Assembly: GCA_964016885.1 (NCBI GenBank) | Contig: OZ024742.1 | Coordinates: 299,398,001-299,462,000, forward strand | Direction of reading: 5' to 3' | DNA length: 64,000 nt | Origin: Eledone cirrhosa | Taxonomy: Eukaryota | Shown here: one piece after another, positions 52,515 through 64,000 of the stretch | Position numbering within the stretch: position 1 is the stretch's first letter | How the letters are laid out: every line of letters starts with the position of its first letter | Made by a program: the position numbers and the translations under genes | Notes under the pieces: generated by a model | The model's database searches: none | What the model was told of the DNA's origin: nothing | Seen by the model: only the letters and a program-made list of their open reading frames with translations

Positions 52515-53752
52515 AGAGAAATATAGAGACAGGGGAGAGCTGTAAATAACGTTAAAAGAAACAGAGATGTGAAGCAGGAAGTAACGAGAAAAGAAATAGA
52601 GGAGATGAAACGAAGTAATGTTAAACGAAATAGAGAACGCGAGAAGCAATAAATAACGATAGAAGAATCATAATGTGAGAAAGTAGTAAGGCTATATAGA
52701 GATGGGTGCAAATAACGGTGAAAATGTTCTTTTTAACGAAAATGGTGAAACAATTGCAAGACAAAATTTGTCAACTTTCTGAAGATAATTTTAATGTTAG
52801 TATAGGGCCCCCGTTTTCTCACAATAGTGCGAGATGGGGAGAATGGGAGAGACGAAGGCTGTGACAATAGGAGTTTGATTCTTTTGTGTTCGAACCTGGT
52901 GTGTATATGTGTATATAGGAGCTTGAGTAAGCCTGTTTATATGAAGTACACTCACTCAAGCCTGTTTATATGAAGTACTATGAATTACGTGGTTTGGATT
53001 ATATTGGAAAAGCCGTGGTTCCCATCACACTCCATTTTCCGTTATTTTTGTTAGTTGTTTATTTAAAGGACAATAAATCTGACTGCACTAAATGCAGTTC
53101 AGTATTAATTGATATAATTTTACTGCGTGATTTTAAATCTGGATGGGTTTGCTTTTGTCTTTTCCACCCTGTAGCGATGATTAGATAGGTACCAGTCATA
53201 TATTTGACCAATTTAATCTGTTATGTTTCTGTTTTTCTTTTCTTTGTTTTGCTGGAAGATACATAATCCTATATACACATTAAGGTCAACTTTGCCTTTC
53301 ATCCTTTCGAGGTGGATAAAAAAGTAGCAGTCTAGTACTGGGGTTGATTCTTCCTCTATGTCTTTTTCTCATATTCATCCTCTCACTCTCTATCCATCTC
53401 TGGAATAAATCTGCTATACTCAGATCTGGAGACGAGATGGGATGCGCCAGGTTTTTTTAAATGTTCTAGAAACGCCGTGTGTCAATACGGGATCCTTACG
53501 ACTTGTTTGTGAGTTACGGAAACATGCATATACACCTTTAATAAAGATTTTGGCAACGCTATAACGTTACAATCGTAACCTGAGGTAGTTTTCTACATTG
53601 ATCGCACGCAGGAGTACAGGATTAGCTCGGTAACGGATTTCGAGAATCACCATGCTACGTCATGTTCTACTTTAAAATACAGCAGATGTCAACTTTATGT
53701 TTATCTCTCTTCGCTTAATGCATTTTTCACCATCAGTATTATATAAATTTAG

Positions 53753-53935
53753 GGCGGTGGATTGGCAGTATCGGTAGAGGGTCGGACGCCATGCTTTCCA
53801 GCATAGTTACGTCCCTTTACCATCTGAGTTCAAATCCCGCCGAGGTTGACTTTGCCTTTCATCCTTACGGGGTCGATAAAATAAAGTACCAGTAATGCAC
53901 TGGTAATTGCTGGCCTTGTGCCTAAAGTAGAAACA
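53753..53935 (+). mobile_element. tRNA-derived SINE, full length, with 18-bp TSD
   Basis: AGTATTATATAAATTTAG at 53735-53752 and 53936-53953. Confidence 0.95.
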
Positions 53936-55468
53936 AGTATTATATAAATTTAGCTTTAAAGTGTGATCCGTTGTGGCCTCGGATCATTGTGTGCCCTTTG
54001 CTGTGCCCTTTACACTCCACTGTAAACATTTAGACCACGTTTGTTTTTATTTAAATATAGCTTTCAACTTTCTTTCGTGGAGACCCCCCAAAAAGTCGCT
54101 GTGCTTTCCGACTTTCCTTTCCTGAAGAATCCATTAAAAGAATAAATGGATTTTCCTACCAAAGTTGTACTTATATTTTGTCATTAATTGAAATCACTTT
54201 ATATTACACTGTTAATGTTCAGAAAACAATGTATGAACAACGCAAACAGTATTTGTCTACATTGTAGACGACGCCTTATATGTGTGTGATATCAATGATA
54301 TATTAGTCCTTTAATAACTATGAGTTACGAGAAATCCAGCTTGACGAGCCGGTAGATATTCCACTGCCTGAAAAATAATATCCCATCTCCAACGCTACTA
54401 TGTAGTGTTAGAGTTCCTTTTGATATTAAAACCTTTCTTGAATCAATACCTCGTGATCCTAGAGCTCATCCTGACTTTATGTGACATTAAATGACTGATA
54501 TTTTCAGGACAGGAGACCACTCCGTTTTATGGTTAGCTTACAGCTGTTTTGAATGTTAATTTTCAACTAAATGAACTGGATCAACGTGAAATGAAATGCT
54601 TTTTATAATGACATAATGCACTGCGCAGTACAGGGATCAAACTTACGACCTTACATTCCTTCACTTACTAAATTGTAAAGCTGAGAATATAGAATTCTCA
54701 AATAAAACATATTTATCATTCAAGGGGTTACAATTCTCCAATGTCAGAAGTGAAAGATTTGTATAGCCAATGAATGCTTTGTTTACTCACAATGCCAGCT
54801 CAAATAGTCCTATAGCCTAATGGATGAGAAAAATGCTTATTCTGCGATCTTTATTTCAATGGTATAAATATTACACTGCAGGATTCGAATATATATGTAT
54901 TTCTGTAACACGCTCACAAATTAAAGAAATACGCAGCTATCCCCACAAAACCTGATTATGCTATAGTATTATAATAATTTAATTAAAGCTGCCTAATTAT
55001 TTTGAAAACGATCTGAATCAATACGTGCCTAAATAACAGTAAGCAATTGAAACATTGAACTCCATTGAAATCATGATGCACTGAAAGGAATTCTTTTCCA
55101 AGTTCTAGAGAGCCTAAAGTATGAATTGAAACATAAAACGTTGGACGAAACTACATTTTCTTTTCTTTAGAAAATAATATACAATGGTCTATATAAAGAA
55201 AAAGTATGTTCGCAAACAAGAAAATATTTAGCTAATTTATTGAATAAGTACAACGTTTAAATATGAAATACTCAGTGACATAGCGAACGGTATATATATT
55301 TATAGTAAAACTAGTATTAGTTTATTTTACTATAGCTATAGGCATATGTACATATATATGTATATATAGTAAACATAGAAATGTTAATTAAGTGAAATTA
55401 CACCATTAGTGGCGAGAAAAACTATCAAATTTGGTGGCAGAAACAGGGCCTACAACACCTATATTTTC

Positions 55469-55662
55469 CAGGCCTGTCAACTCTCCCCGTCTGACGGGGA
55501 GATTTCCCACTCACTTTGGGGTGGGTGAGAGATGTATTTTTTGTGAAAATGGGTATAGCCTTCATTATGTAAAACCTCCCCATTTTGCCTCATTTCTTCA
55601 CGTTTTGGACCACTTTTTTTCATGGTACTCTCCGTTTGAGTTTTTAGAGGTTGGCAGGTCTG
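55469..55662 (+). mobile_element. Old MITE with hAT-like ends
   Basis: TIR-like CAGGCCTGTCAAC / GTTGGCAGGTCTG, homologous to 38189-38366. Confidence 0.72.
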
Positions 55663-56122
55663 TTGTTCTTTGATAAAAGTTGAATACAGAATGTAGTGAA
55701 GGTTGACCTGATGTTTAGAAATGTGGTTACAGGATCTTAGTATGACAACAGAGACATTGGTTTTTCGAGAAAGAATACTGAATCACGTAATAATGTTTTT
55801 GATATGAACACAGCGAAAGCTGGCTCTGGTTCTATAAAACAAAAACACACATTTTAAAGAGTTCCTATTTAAAATGAGTTCATATCAAATCAATATTAAT
55901 GACATTTTAGTAAATTCCTCAATATTCCTCATCAATTATTAGAGGGAATTTCATCAGATATACAACTACGGCCCGTATGTATCGAAAAATGCACAATGAG
56001 GCTTAATGCAAGTAAACGTCTGGGTAAGGTGGGCGCCAGCTTACTTGATACAGTGTATTTTAAAGCAGATAGAAATAAAGCTAAACTAGCTATAGCCAAT
56101 TATAGTTATATATGTCAACATT

Positions 56123-56159
<37 letters not shown>

Positions 56160-56367
56160 CGTTTCTGAATTTGTTTAGCAAGATTCTTTATCTGAAAACG
56201 TGTGTTGAAACCAATATTGTTATACTTTGGGAGGGTCATGTTGCCAATAAGAAACACACGCACCAGTTGCTTTCACTTCAATTTATTATAATAAATTTAT
56301 AAATTTTGGAATTTATAAATTTCCGGTTGGTTAGTTGGTTCCACAACCAGATGGTTGTTTATATATT

Positions 56368-56410
56368 GTCAAAGTTCTTTCGTCACACATTCTGTGACCT
56401 CTTCAGTGAC
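56368..56410 (-). ncRNA. Minimal type I hammerhead ribozyme in PLE pLTR
   Basis: GTCA CTGAAGA G GTCACA GAATG TGTGAC GAAA GAAC T T TGAC. Confidence 0.8.
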
Positions 56411-57474
56411 TGGGGATTCTTTTCTTTGTTTTTGTGCCTTTCCTTTGTTCTGTCCTAGGCCATTTTGTTTCTGTGTGTGTGTTGTGTGCTGAGTCTGCGC
56501 CACATCCGGGTGTCTGTGTGTGTTTATATTTGTTTATTTATTTGTTTATTTACATGTTATAGGTTGGTTGTTTGTTCTATGTGCGTGTGTGTTTTCATTT
56601 TGTCCTTAATTGTAAGTTGTGATGTTGCTGTTCCACTCATATTTTCTATTTAATTTTCTTTGTAATTCTTTTATGTTTATTGCCTCTGTGATTTGTCTAA
56701 ACATTGCGTCTTTTCTGTGTGTAGATTCTATTTTTATTTCTATGTTCTCTAATTTACCCTTATGTTCTATTTTAGCATGTTGGTAGAGTACAGATGATTC
56801 TTTACTATCTTGAAGGTCTCGCCAGTGTTCATTTATCCGTTCCCCTACACTACGAGCTGTCTCACCTATGTACACTATATTTTTGTCTCTACATTGTCCT
56901 TCAGTACATCTTATGCTATATACTACATTTCTAGTTTTACAGTTAATATGGGGGCTTAATTTACAGGTTATACATTTCTAATCTATACAGGGGGTCTTTG
57001 AAAAGGGTATGTCTTGCTAATAAGTGTTTTTGCGGAGGTATCTGGTCTTTCTACTATCTTAATATTGAGTTTATGTTTATCTAGGGCCCTTCTAAATTTG
57101 TAAGCTAATTCACCTCTAGAGGTTGTATCGATGAACATTACACTTTGGTATTTATTGCTATCATACCATGAGTTTATTCTATTAGCCTTATTCCTAGTTC
57201 TTTCTATTCTATTCCAAAATTTGCTCCTATACAAGGGGCAGGTCCCATTTGTGTCATTATTTACCATTTTTTCCCATTTGGTTCTGGCTCCTCTATACAC
57301 TCTGATTTTATCTCTCTGATTGTAACCAGAGAACTGCATACGGTGGATGAAGTGGTGTATGTGTCTCTCTAGTTCTTCGGGGTTGCCTATAGTAATAATT
57401 ACCTAGACACATAAGACCTTAGCAACCTGTGCCCTACAAGACCAGCAAGAGGCAGACCACCTACCATCACCTCA

Positions 57475-58907
57475 ATGGCCAAGAAAACGCATACAGATAG
57501 ATGGAACGGGTGGACCAGAGCCATACGGACACCTGAAAACCACGATGAACTGAAGAAAATGATTGCACATGCGGTGGGGGCCAGCATAAAATTAACCCTT
57601 AAGGAACATATGTTCAAATTTAATGGAAAAACATATGCCCAAGAGGAAAGAGCAGCCATTGGTGTTAGCATTGCAGGCGACATAGCTAACTTATTCATGG
57701 TATGGTGGGACAGTAGACTTAAACTTAAACTTAAAGAACAATTAGAAGACCCCTTAACCCTGATAATGTACTCCCGCTACGTTGATGATATAAACATCGT
57801 AGTTAAAACACCCCCACTAGAGAACAGTCAGGAATTAGAGAAAAACACAATGGAAAGCATCCAGCAAATAGCTAACTCCATCCACCAGAGTATTAGAGTT
57901 ACTATAGACTACCCAAGCAAACACCCCAACCATCGACTACCTGTACTAGACACAGAGCTCTGGTTAGATACCATTAATAACAAAAAACAAATCCTCCATT
58001 CCCATTATGCCAAACCCATGACTTCCAAATATCTGATCCACCGAAACTCAGCTGTTTCGGACCAAACCAAAATCAACATACTGATTGCGGATTTGGTACG
58101 GGTGATGAGAAACGTGTCCCGCATGTGCAACCCCGAAGAACTAGAGAGACACATACACCACTTCATCCACCGTATGCAGTTCTCTGGTTACAATCAGAGA
58201 AATAAAATCAGAGTGTATAGAGGAGCCAGAACCAAATGGGAAAAAATGGTAAATAATGACACAAATGGGACCTGCCCCTTGTATAGGAGCAAATTTTGGA
58301 ATAGAATAGAAAGAACTAGGAATAAGGCTAATAGAATAAACTCATGGTATGATAGCAATAAATACCAAAGTGTAATGTTCATCGATACAACCCCTAGAGG
58401 TGAATTAGCTTACAAATTTAGAAGGGCCCTAGATAAACATAAACTCAATATTAAGATAGTAGAAAGACCAGATACCTCCGTAAAAACACTTATTAGCAAG
58501 ACATACCCTTTTCAAAGACCCCCTGTATAGATTAGAAATGTATAACCTGTAAATTAAGCCCCCATATTAACTGTAAAACTAGAAATGTAGTATATAGCAT
58601 AAGTTGTACTGAAGGACAATGTAGAGACAAAAATATAGTGTACATAGGTGAGACAGCTCGTAGTGTAGGGGAACGGATAAATGAACACTGGCGAGACCTT
58701 CAAGATAGTAAAGAATCATCTGTACTCTACCAACATGCTAAAATAGAACATAAGGGTAAATTAGAGAACATAGAAATAAAAATAGAATCTACACACAGAA
58801 AAGACGCAATGTTTAGACAAATCACAGAGGCAATAAACATAAAAGAATTACAACGAAAATTAAATAGAAAATATGAGTGGAACAGCAACATCACAACTTA
58901 CAATTAA
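57475..58907 (+). pseudogene. PLE RT (C-terminal half, thumb) + Cys-rich linker + GIY-YIG endonuclease, frameshift/stop near 58520-58535
   Basis: YSRYVDDI, LPVLDTELW, HYAKPMTSK; C..C..C..CKTRNVVY; VYIGETARSVGERINEH; RQITEA..LNRKYEW. Confidence 0.93.
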
Positions 58908-59108
58908 GGACAAAATGAAAACACACACGCACATAGAACAAACAACCAACCTATAACATGTAAATAAACAAATAAATAAACAAATATAAACACACACAGA
59001 CACCCGGATGTGGCGCATGCGCAGACTGAGCACACAACACACACACAGAAACAAAATGGCGTAGGACAGAACAAAGGAGTGGCACAAATACAAAGTAAAG
59101 AATCCCCA

Positions 59109-59151
59109 GTCACTGAAGAGGTTACAGAATGTGTGACGAAAGAACTTTGAC
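59109..59151 (+). ncRNA. Minimal type I hammerhead ribozyme in PLE pLTR
   Basis: GTCA CTGAAGA G GTTACA GAATG TGTGAC GAAA GAAC T T TGAC, with one U-G wobble in stem II. Confidence 0.78.
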
Positions 59152-59322
59152 AATATATAAACAACCATCTGGTTGTGGAACCAACTAACCAACCGGAAAT
59201 TTATAAATTCCAAAATTTATAAATTTATTATAATAAATTGAAGTGAAAGCAACTGGTGCGTGTGTTTCTTATTGGCAACATGACCCTCCCAAAGTATAAC
59301 AATATATATATATAAATATATC

Positions 59323-59360
<38 letters not shown>

Positions 59361-60974
59361 TTTAGTTGGTTGAGCTACATATATTTGATTATACGCGGCA
59401 ATATGTATAACTAAAAACAAAGATAATAAATTAAGCTCAGATTTCTGTTACTAATTAATATAATTGTAAAGATGGGAATTCAGAAATCGATATTTCGATT
59501 TGAAATGATTGATTTCCTTCATATATTCTGCCAATATAAGAATGGAACTTTGTTGATTCAATAAATGAACGCTGCTCGATATTTTTTCTATTAATACTAT
59601 TCCATTCATTGACACTCTCAGAAACTTCATTCCTGATCAAATATTCCGTGTGGTATATATGTACGTGTATGTGCGTGTATGTGTCTATGTGTGTGTGTGT
59701 GTGCGCGCGCGCGTTAGATCGCCATTGTCTATGACAATATTTACTCCAGTTAACTTTATCAACGGAACAATCTGCACGTGAAATTAGTTTGTAAACTGTT
59801 GAGCATTCCACAGTCACGTGTGCCTTTAACGCACTTCTCAAGGCTATTCAGTATAAAAGCCTGGCCCTTTGAATCATAGGCAGACATATTTTCCAGCTGA
59901 GAGCACTAGAGCAACGGGGCATATACTACCTTACACAAGAATTCAACGTGCCGTCATGAATCAAACTTAGACCTCAAGATCGTGAGACGAACACTTCATC
60001 CATTAAACCACATGACTTCAGAAATATTATAGAAATTAAGCATCTGTCCGTACATTAAACCACCATCCTCAACGATTAGTTGTAAAATAAGATCTGAAGT
60101 ATTTTACGAGTGACTGTATATTTGCTTAGACGATCGTGAGATCAGACCAAGGAAACAAGTTTTTCTATCACTGTTGCTATTTGTCAGTCGCAACTCCTGA
60201 CTGAAAATAGCAGTATTTGAGCACAGATCGCAGGGAGCCAGATCATAGGCCACAAAGTATTCCGTTATATATTTTAACAATTCTACCAAACCACTGTCCA
60301 TGGATTAGTACTCTATCGATCCAGGAAAGCAAAGTTGAGCTCAGCGCAATTTGAACTCTGAGTGCAGTGGCTGGAACTAATACCCAGGCTTTTTAAGCCT
60401 TTTGATACCAAGCACTCTGGAATCGCCCCTGACTGTGTGATACAGGTTTATATTTTCAAAATATTTATATTTATCTAAAAAAATACCTCCAGGAACATAT
60501 GTTATGTTCCAAACACAAACTTAATAATGGGACATTTTGTTATATTATTAAATCCCTAAAATTCTTGATAATTTTCAAAATGAGTTAAAGGTGATAGGTA
60601 TGATTGACATTAGAAATATGGTAATGAATGCATAATCCGAAACCTTAACGACTCTCCCAAAGATTAGTTGATAAGACGAATTCTGAAACCTTTTGCCAAA
60701 AACAGCTTATTTGATAAGAAAGGCGTCAACTAAGCTGTATATTTTGTGTTCTTCCTTAATATTCACCATAACACATGGCGACAACAAATCTTTACAGTTG
60801 TTATTCATTCCTCCAACTCGTCTCTAGATACAAGAAAGATTTAATCCCCGATAATCGATGATAAGACATTCTTGCTTTATAGAATATCAAATATTCATCG
60901 TTATAGACGTTTTCATCATTCAAATTTGTGTCGGGTAACCGGTGAACGAAATAAAAAAATCATTATCATCAGAA

Positions 60975-61150
60975 TGAATTGGCAATATCGGTAGAATTTC
61001 AAACAGCATGTTTGCAGCATATAGTTACACCCCTTTGTGTTTTGAGTTCATATTCCACCGAGGCTAGCTTTGTCATTCATCCTTACGGGATGATTAAAAT
61101 GAAATACCAGTAACAAATTCCACTGGAAATTGTTGACATTGTGGCTAAGT
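60975..61150 (+). mobile_element. Old diverged SINE
   Basis: Recognisable box A, box B and core with many substitutions. Confidence 0.75.
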
Positions 61151-61337
61151 CAGGGACCATTAGTATTATCAATCATATCTGGTGATCTTAGTAGTCCAAA
61201 AGTATGGAAGAATTCAATATTTATAATAGAATATATATAAATGTTTATTTAGTCGCTTTCTTATTATACAACTATGATATTTCAACAAAGTAAGTGGATA
61301 TTTTGCTAAGTATCTTCTGAAGAGTGAGTGGGTGGTT

Positions 61338-61348
61338 AGATAGATAGG

Positions 61349-61387
<39 letters not shown>

Positions 61388-61425
61388 GACAGCCAGATAG
61401 ACAGACAGACAGACAGAAAGATAGA
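61338..61425. repeat. (TAGA)n/(CAGA)n microsatellite
   Basis: Direct inspection. Confidence 0.95.
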
Positions 61426-62062
61426 TGGATAAATGGCTGATTCAGCAGCAGTACGAATGCACATATTAATTTAATAGAATGAAATCTTCAAAAGGTTTTA
61501 AATATATAACATCTATATCAAATATCTTTGAAAGCATTTTCTTCCGAAGGTAAAAATAAACTTCTTTTTCACTGATGAAACAAATGTGTAGGGATAGATC
61601 TAAAATATTTGTTTCGGTATACTACAAATACAATGCTAGTAGTACATCTATTTAAGGGGAGTATAAAGAGGAAAGTAAGTCTGTAATATAAAAGAAGTAA
61701 CAAAAGCAAAAATGAGAGAAAATTAAGAAATAGTGTGAATAGTATAATTTGTTTCAATGTATGTTGTAAAGCTCTATCTATATACAGTATCTTTAAAGTC
61801 AAATAGAAACACTGTATGTTACAATACAAAATGTAAAGAACCAAAGTAAATAGTTGAAGTGTTTATTTACAGAATAAAACTAAATTTCTTAAAATATTTG
61901 CCTTTCCGTTTTACATTGAGTCAAGATTTAACCACACACAAACGCGTGCGTTGTTCGTACAGTAAAAAAAATTGTAGAACATTCTCTACTCAGAATTTCT
62001 CAAATGTGTGATACGTGTCGGTGAAACAATGAGTGGCGATTATTTATATATATTTCTTGCTT

Positions 62063-62093
<31 letters not shown>

Positions 62094-62100
<7 letters not shown>

Positions 62101-62640
62101 CGTAGTTAAGAAAGCCACAACAATGCAGAGGGAAATCTCGAGGTAGGAAGTGAAAGATAGATAGGAAAAACAGGTGAAAGTGTAAATTGAGAGAGACAAA
62201 GATGAAAACAAAACAAAGGTAGAAGGGTTACCGTAGTGGAGATTTAATCCCAATATTTCGGACTCACGCCCATCAACGGGGGAAAGTTCCAAAAGGGGGG
62301 GGGGGAACAGGCCAAGCGGAGAAAGTTGTGATGTCGTTAAGACAGGAATGCCGTGTCTTAACGACATCACAACTTTCTCCGCTTGGCCTGTTCCCCCCCT
62401 TTTGGAACTTTCCCCCGTTGATGGGCGTGAGTCCGAAATATTGGGATTAAATCTCCACTACGGTAACCCTTCTACCTTTGTTTTGTTTTCATCTTTGTCT
62501 CTCTCAATTTTCACTTTCACCTGTTTTTCCTATCTATCTTTCACTTCCTACCTCGAGATTTCTCTCTGCATTGTTGTGGCTTTCTTAACTACGTATTTTA
62601 CACATTTCACAATGCTTCAAGCAAACTTTAACACCCTCTT
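62094..62640. mobile_element. Fold-back PLE-like relic with about 250-bp inverted arms and about 40-bp tail, in (TA)n
   Basis: Inverted repeat 62094-62600 centred near 62349, with a hammerhead-shaped motif in both arms. Confidence 0.82.
62411..62446 (+). ncRNA. Hammerhead-shaped motif with variant core CCGTTGA (mirror at 62248-62283, minus strand)
   Basis: TCCC CCGTTGA T GGGC GTGA GTCC GAAA TA T T GGGA: stem I, GNRA-capped stem II and palindromic stem III. Confidence 0.6.
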
Positions 62641-62902
62641 ATATATATATATATATATGTATATCAAATTACAAAATGTACGGAAATAATAGACAAAATA
62701 TACCTATTTTCTTTTCAAAGTCCCAACTACAATTTTGCCGATCTGTGTGCAACATTTTCTGCACTATAAAAATACATCATCGCTGTGAAGTTGGTACGGC
62801 TTATCAAGAGACCCCTCAGAAAAAAGGACTATTTCTTTCGTAGCAAGTGAGAATATCTCGATAGGCGGAGGGAGAAATTAACACACACACACATGCACAC
62901 AA

Positions 62903-62950
<48 letters not shown>

Positions 62951-63700
62951 TTATATATACATATACGTATATATATATCACATAATATGGAGCAGGTTTT
63001 TCATACTTTCTTATTCTCTTATTCGTCTTTTAAGATAAGTATACAATGGTATCGTTCTTAAATTCATTAACTTTTCTAGCTTTTCCTCTTCCCCGCTTCT
63101 CCATGATGTTGAGCTTAGGTGTTTTTTATGGCTGAGTTAATGTAGTAGGAGATAAATTTCATGTGAATGGTGTTGTGGGTTTATAGTTGTTAACCTTTAA
63201 CACCAAGTTACTTTCAGCAGTCAATAAGTGTTCTTACTTCATCACCTAGGGCCTGTATTTGTGTGCAACATTTGGGCTTGTATTTTGCTATTAATAAAGT
63301 TTCCACCCGCATCCACAAGAAGGATTATCTTAGTGGTTATACTTTAAGCAAAATAGCACAATAATGTATCCATAACTTTATAAATAAGGAAATCTAGTGG
63401 AGCGTTTCAATAAAAAGCAAAAGAATCATGTGCAATCACAGCAGGCCAGGTATAGTTTTATTGGACACGTGCATTAGATGCATAGTAGCCATGAACGCTT
63501 CGGCTGAAATTGTTGAGAAATAAGAATTCGATGGTGAACTAATGTGGAATAACCATTACTTGGATGGAAGTTGTAGATGTTCATGTTTACTTATCTTAAA
63601 TACACTGGGCTATATATCTACAGTTTTCTATAATAAACTGAAAATGTCGAAATATTCCAGTAATGAATAAAACAAGCTCTCTCACATTATTTAATTCCAG

Positions 63701-64000
63701 GGCAGTGGATTGGCAGTATCGGTAGAAGGTCGGACGCCATGCTTTCCAGCATAGTTACGTCCCTTTACGATCTGAGTTCAAATCCCGCCGAGGTTGACTT
63801 TGCCTTTCATCCTTACGGGGTCGATAAAATAAAGTACCAGTAATGCACTGGGTAATTTGCTGGCCTTGTGCCTAAAGTAGAAACAATTATTTAATCCCAG
63901 TCAGGCGGTAAATTGGCAGTATCGGTACAGCGTCAGACAGAGTTATGGCCCTTTACGTTCTGAGTTCAAATCTCGCCGAGCTTAACTTTGCCTTTCATCC
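63701..64000 (+). mobile_element. Full-length SINE (63701-63885, 15-bp TSD) followed by an older SINE (63904 to window end)
   Basis: ATTATTTAATTCCAG at 63686-63700 vs ATTATTTAATCCCAG at 63886-63900. Confidence 0.92.

Larger units (their letters stand above)
56158..59303. mobile_element. Penelope-like element: 5'-truncated plus-strand copy (about 57387-59303) with head-to-head inverted 3' copy (56158-57386)
   Basis: RT and GIY-YIG coding sequence. 56214-57386 is the reverse complement of 58127-59303. Each arm has a hammerhead, and (TA)n flanks both sides. Confidence 0.95.

Noticed and set aside
58500-59300. Possible selenoprotein-type PLE (UGA recoding + SECIS)
   Set aside because: The interrupting codon is TAG with a frameshift, and no SECIS-like stem was seen in the 3'UTR.
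61570-61620. CTGATGA followed by a hairpin
   Set aside because: Lacks the GAAA..UH half of a hammerhead.

Overview
AT-rich, repeat-dominated metazoan DNA with no recognisable host gene. The SINE families and the long (TA/CA)n and (AAT)n arrays resemble octopus/coleoid cephalopod DNA (inference). Contents: a mariner relic; two R4/Dong-like RLE LINEs and a full-length L1/Tx1-like LINE stacked in one (AAT)n array; an apparently intact CR1/L2-group LINE whose ORF1 has a Myb-like domain plus two CCCH fingers, and whose AUG-less ORF2 overlaps it in the -1 frame with two in-phase slippery heptamers; a Buster-type hAT with TIRs and an 8-bp TSD; a Penelope-like element (PLE; RT + GIY-YIG) with a 1.2-kb inverted arm; RTE/CR1 relics; and many tRNA-derived SINEs. 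The most notable signal is a series of mostly unrelated fold-back modules sitting in (TA)n tracts. Almost all contain a minimal type I hammerhead ribozyme (intact, variant or decayed) and share the layout (TA)n-arm<->arm-tail-(TA)n. All structures were read by eye, and coordinates may be off by a few bases.
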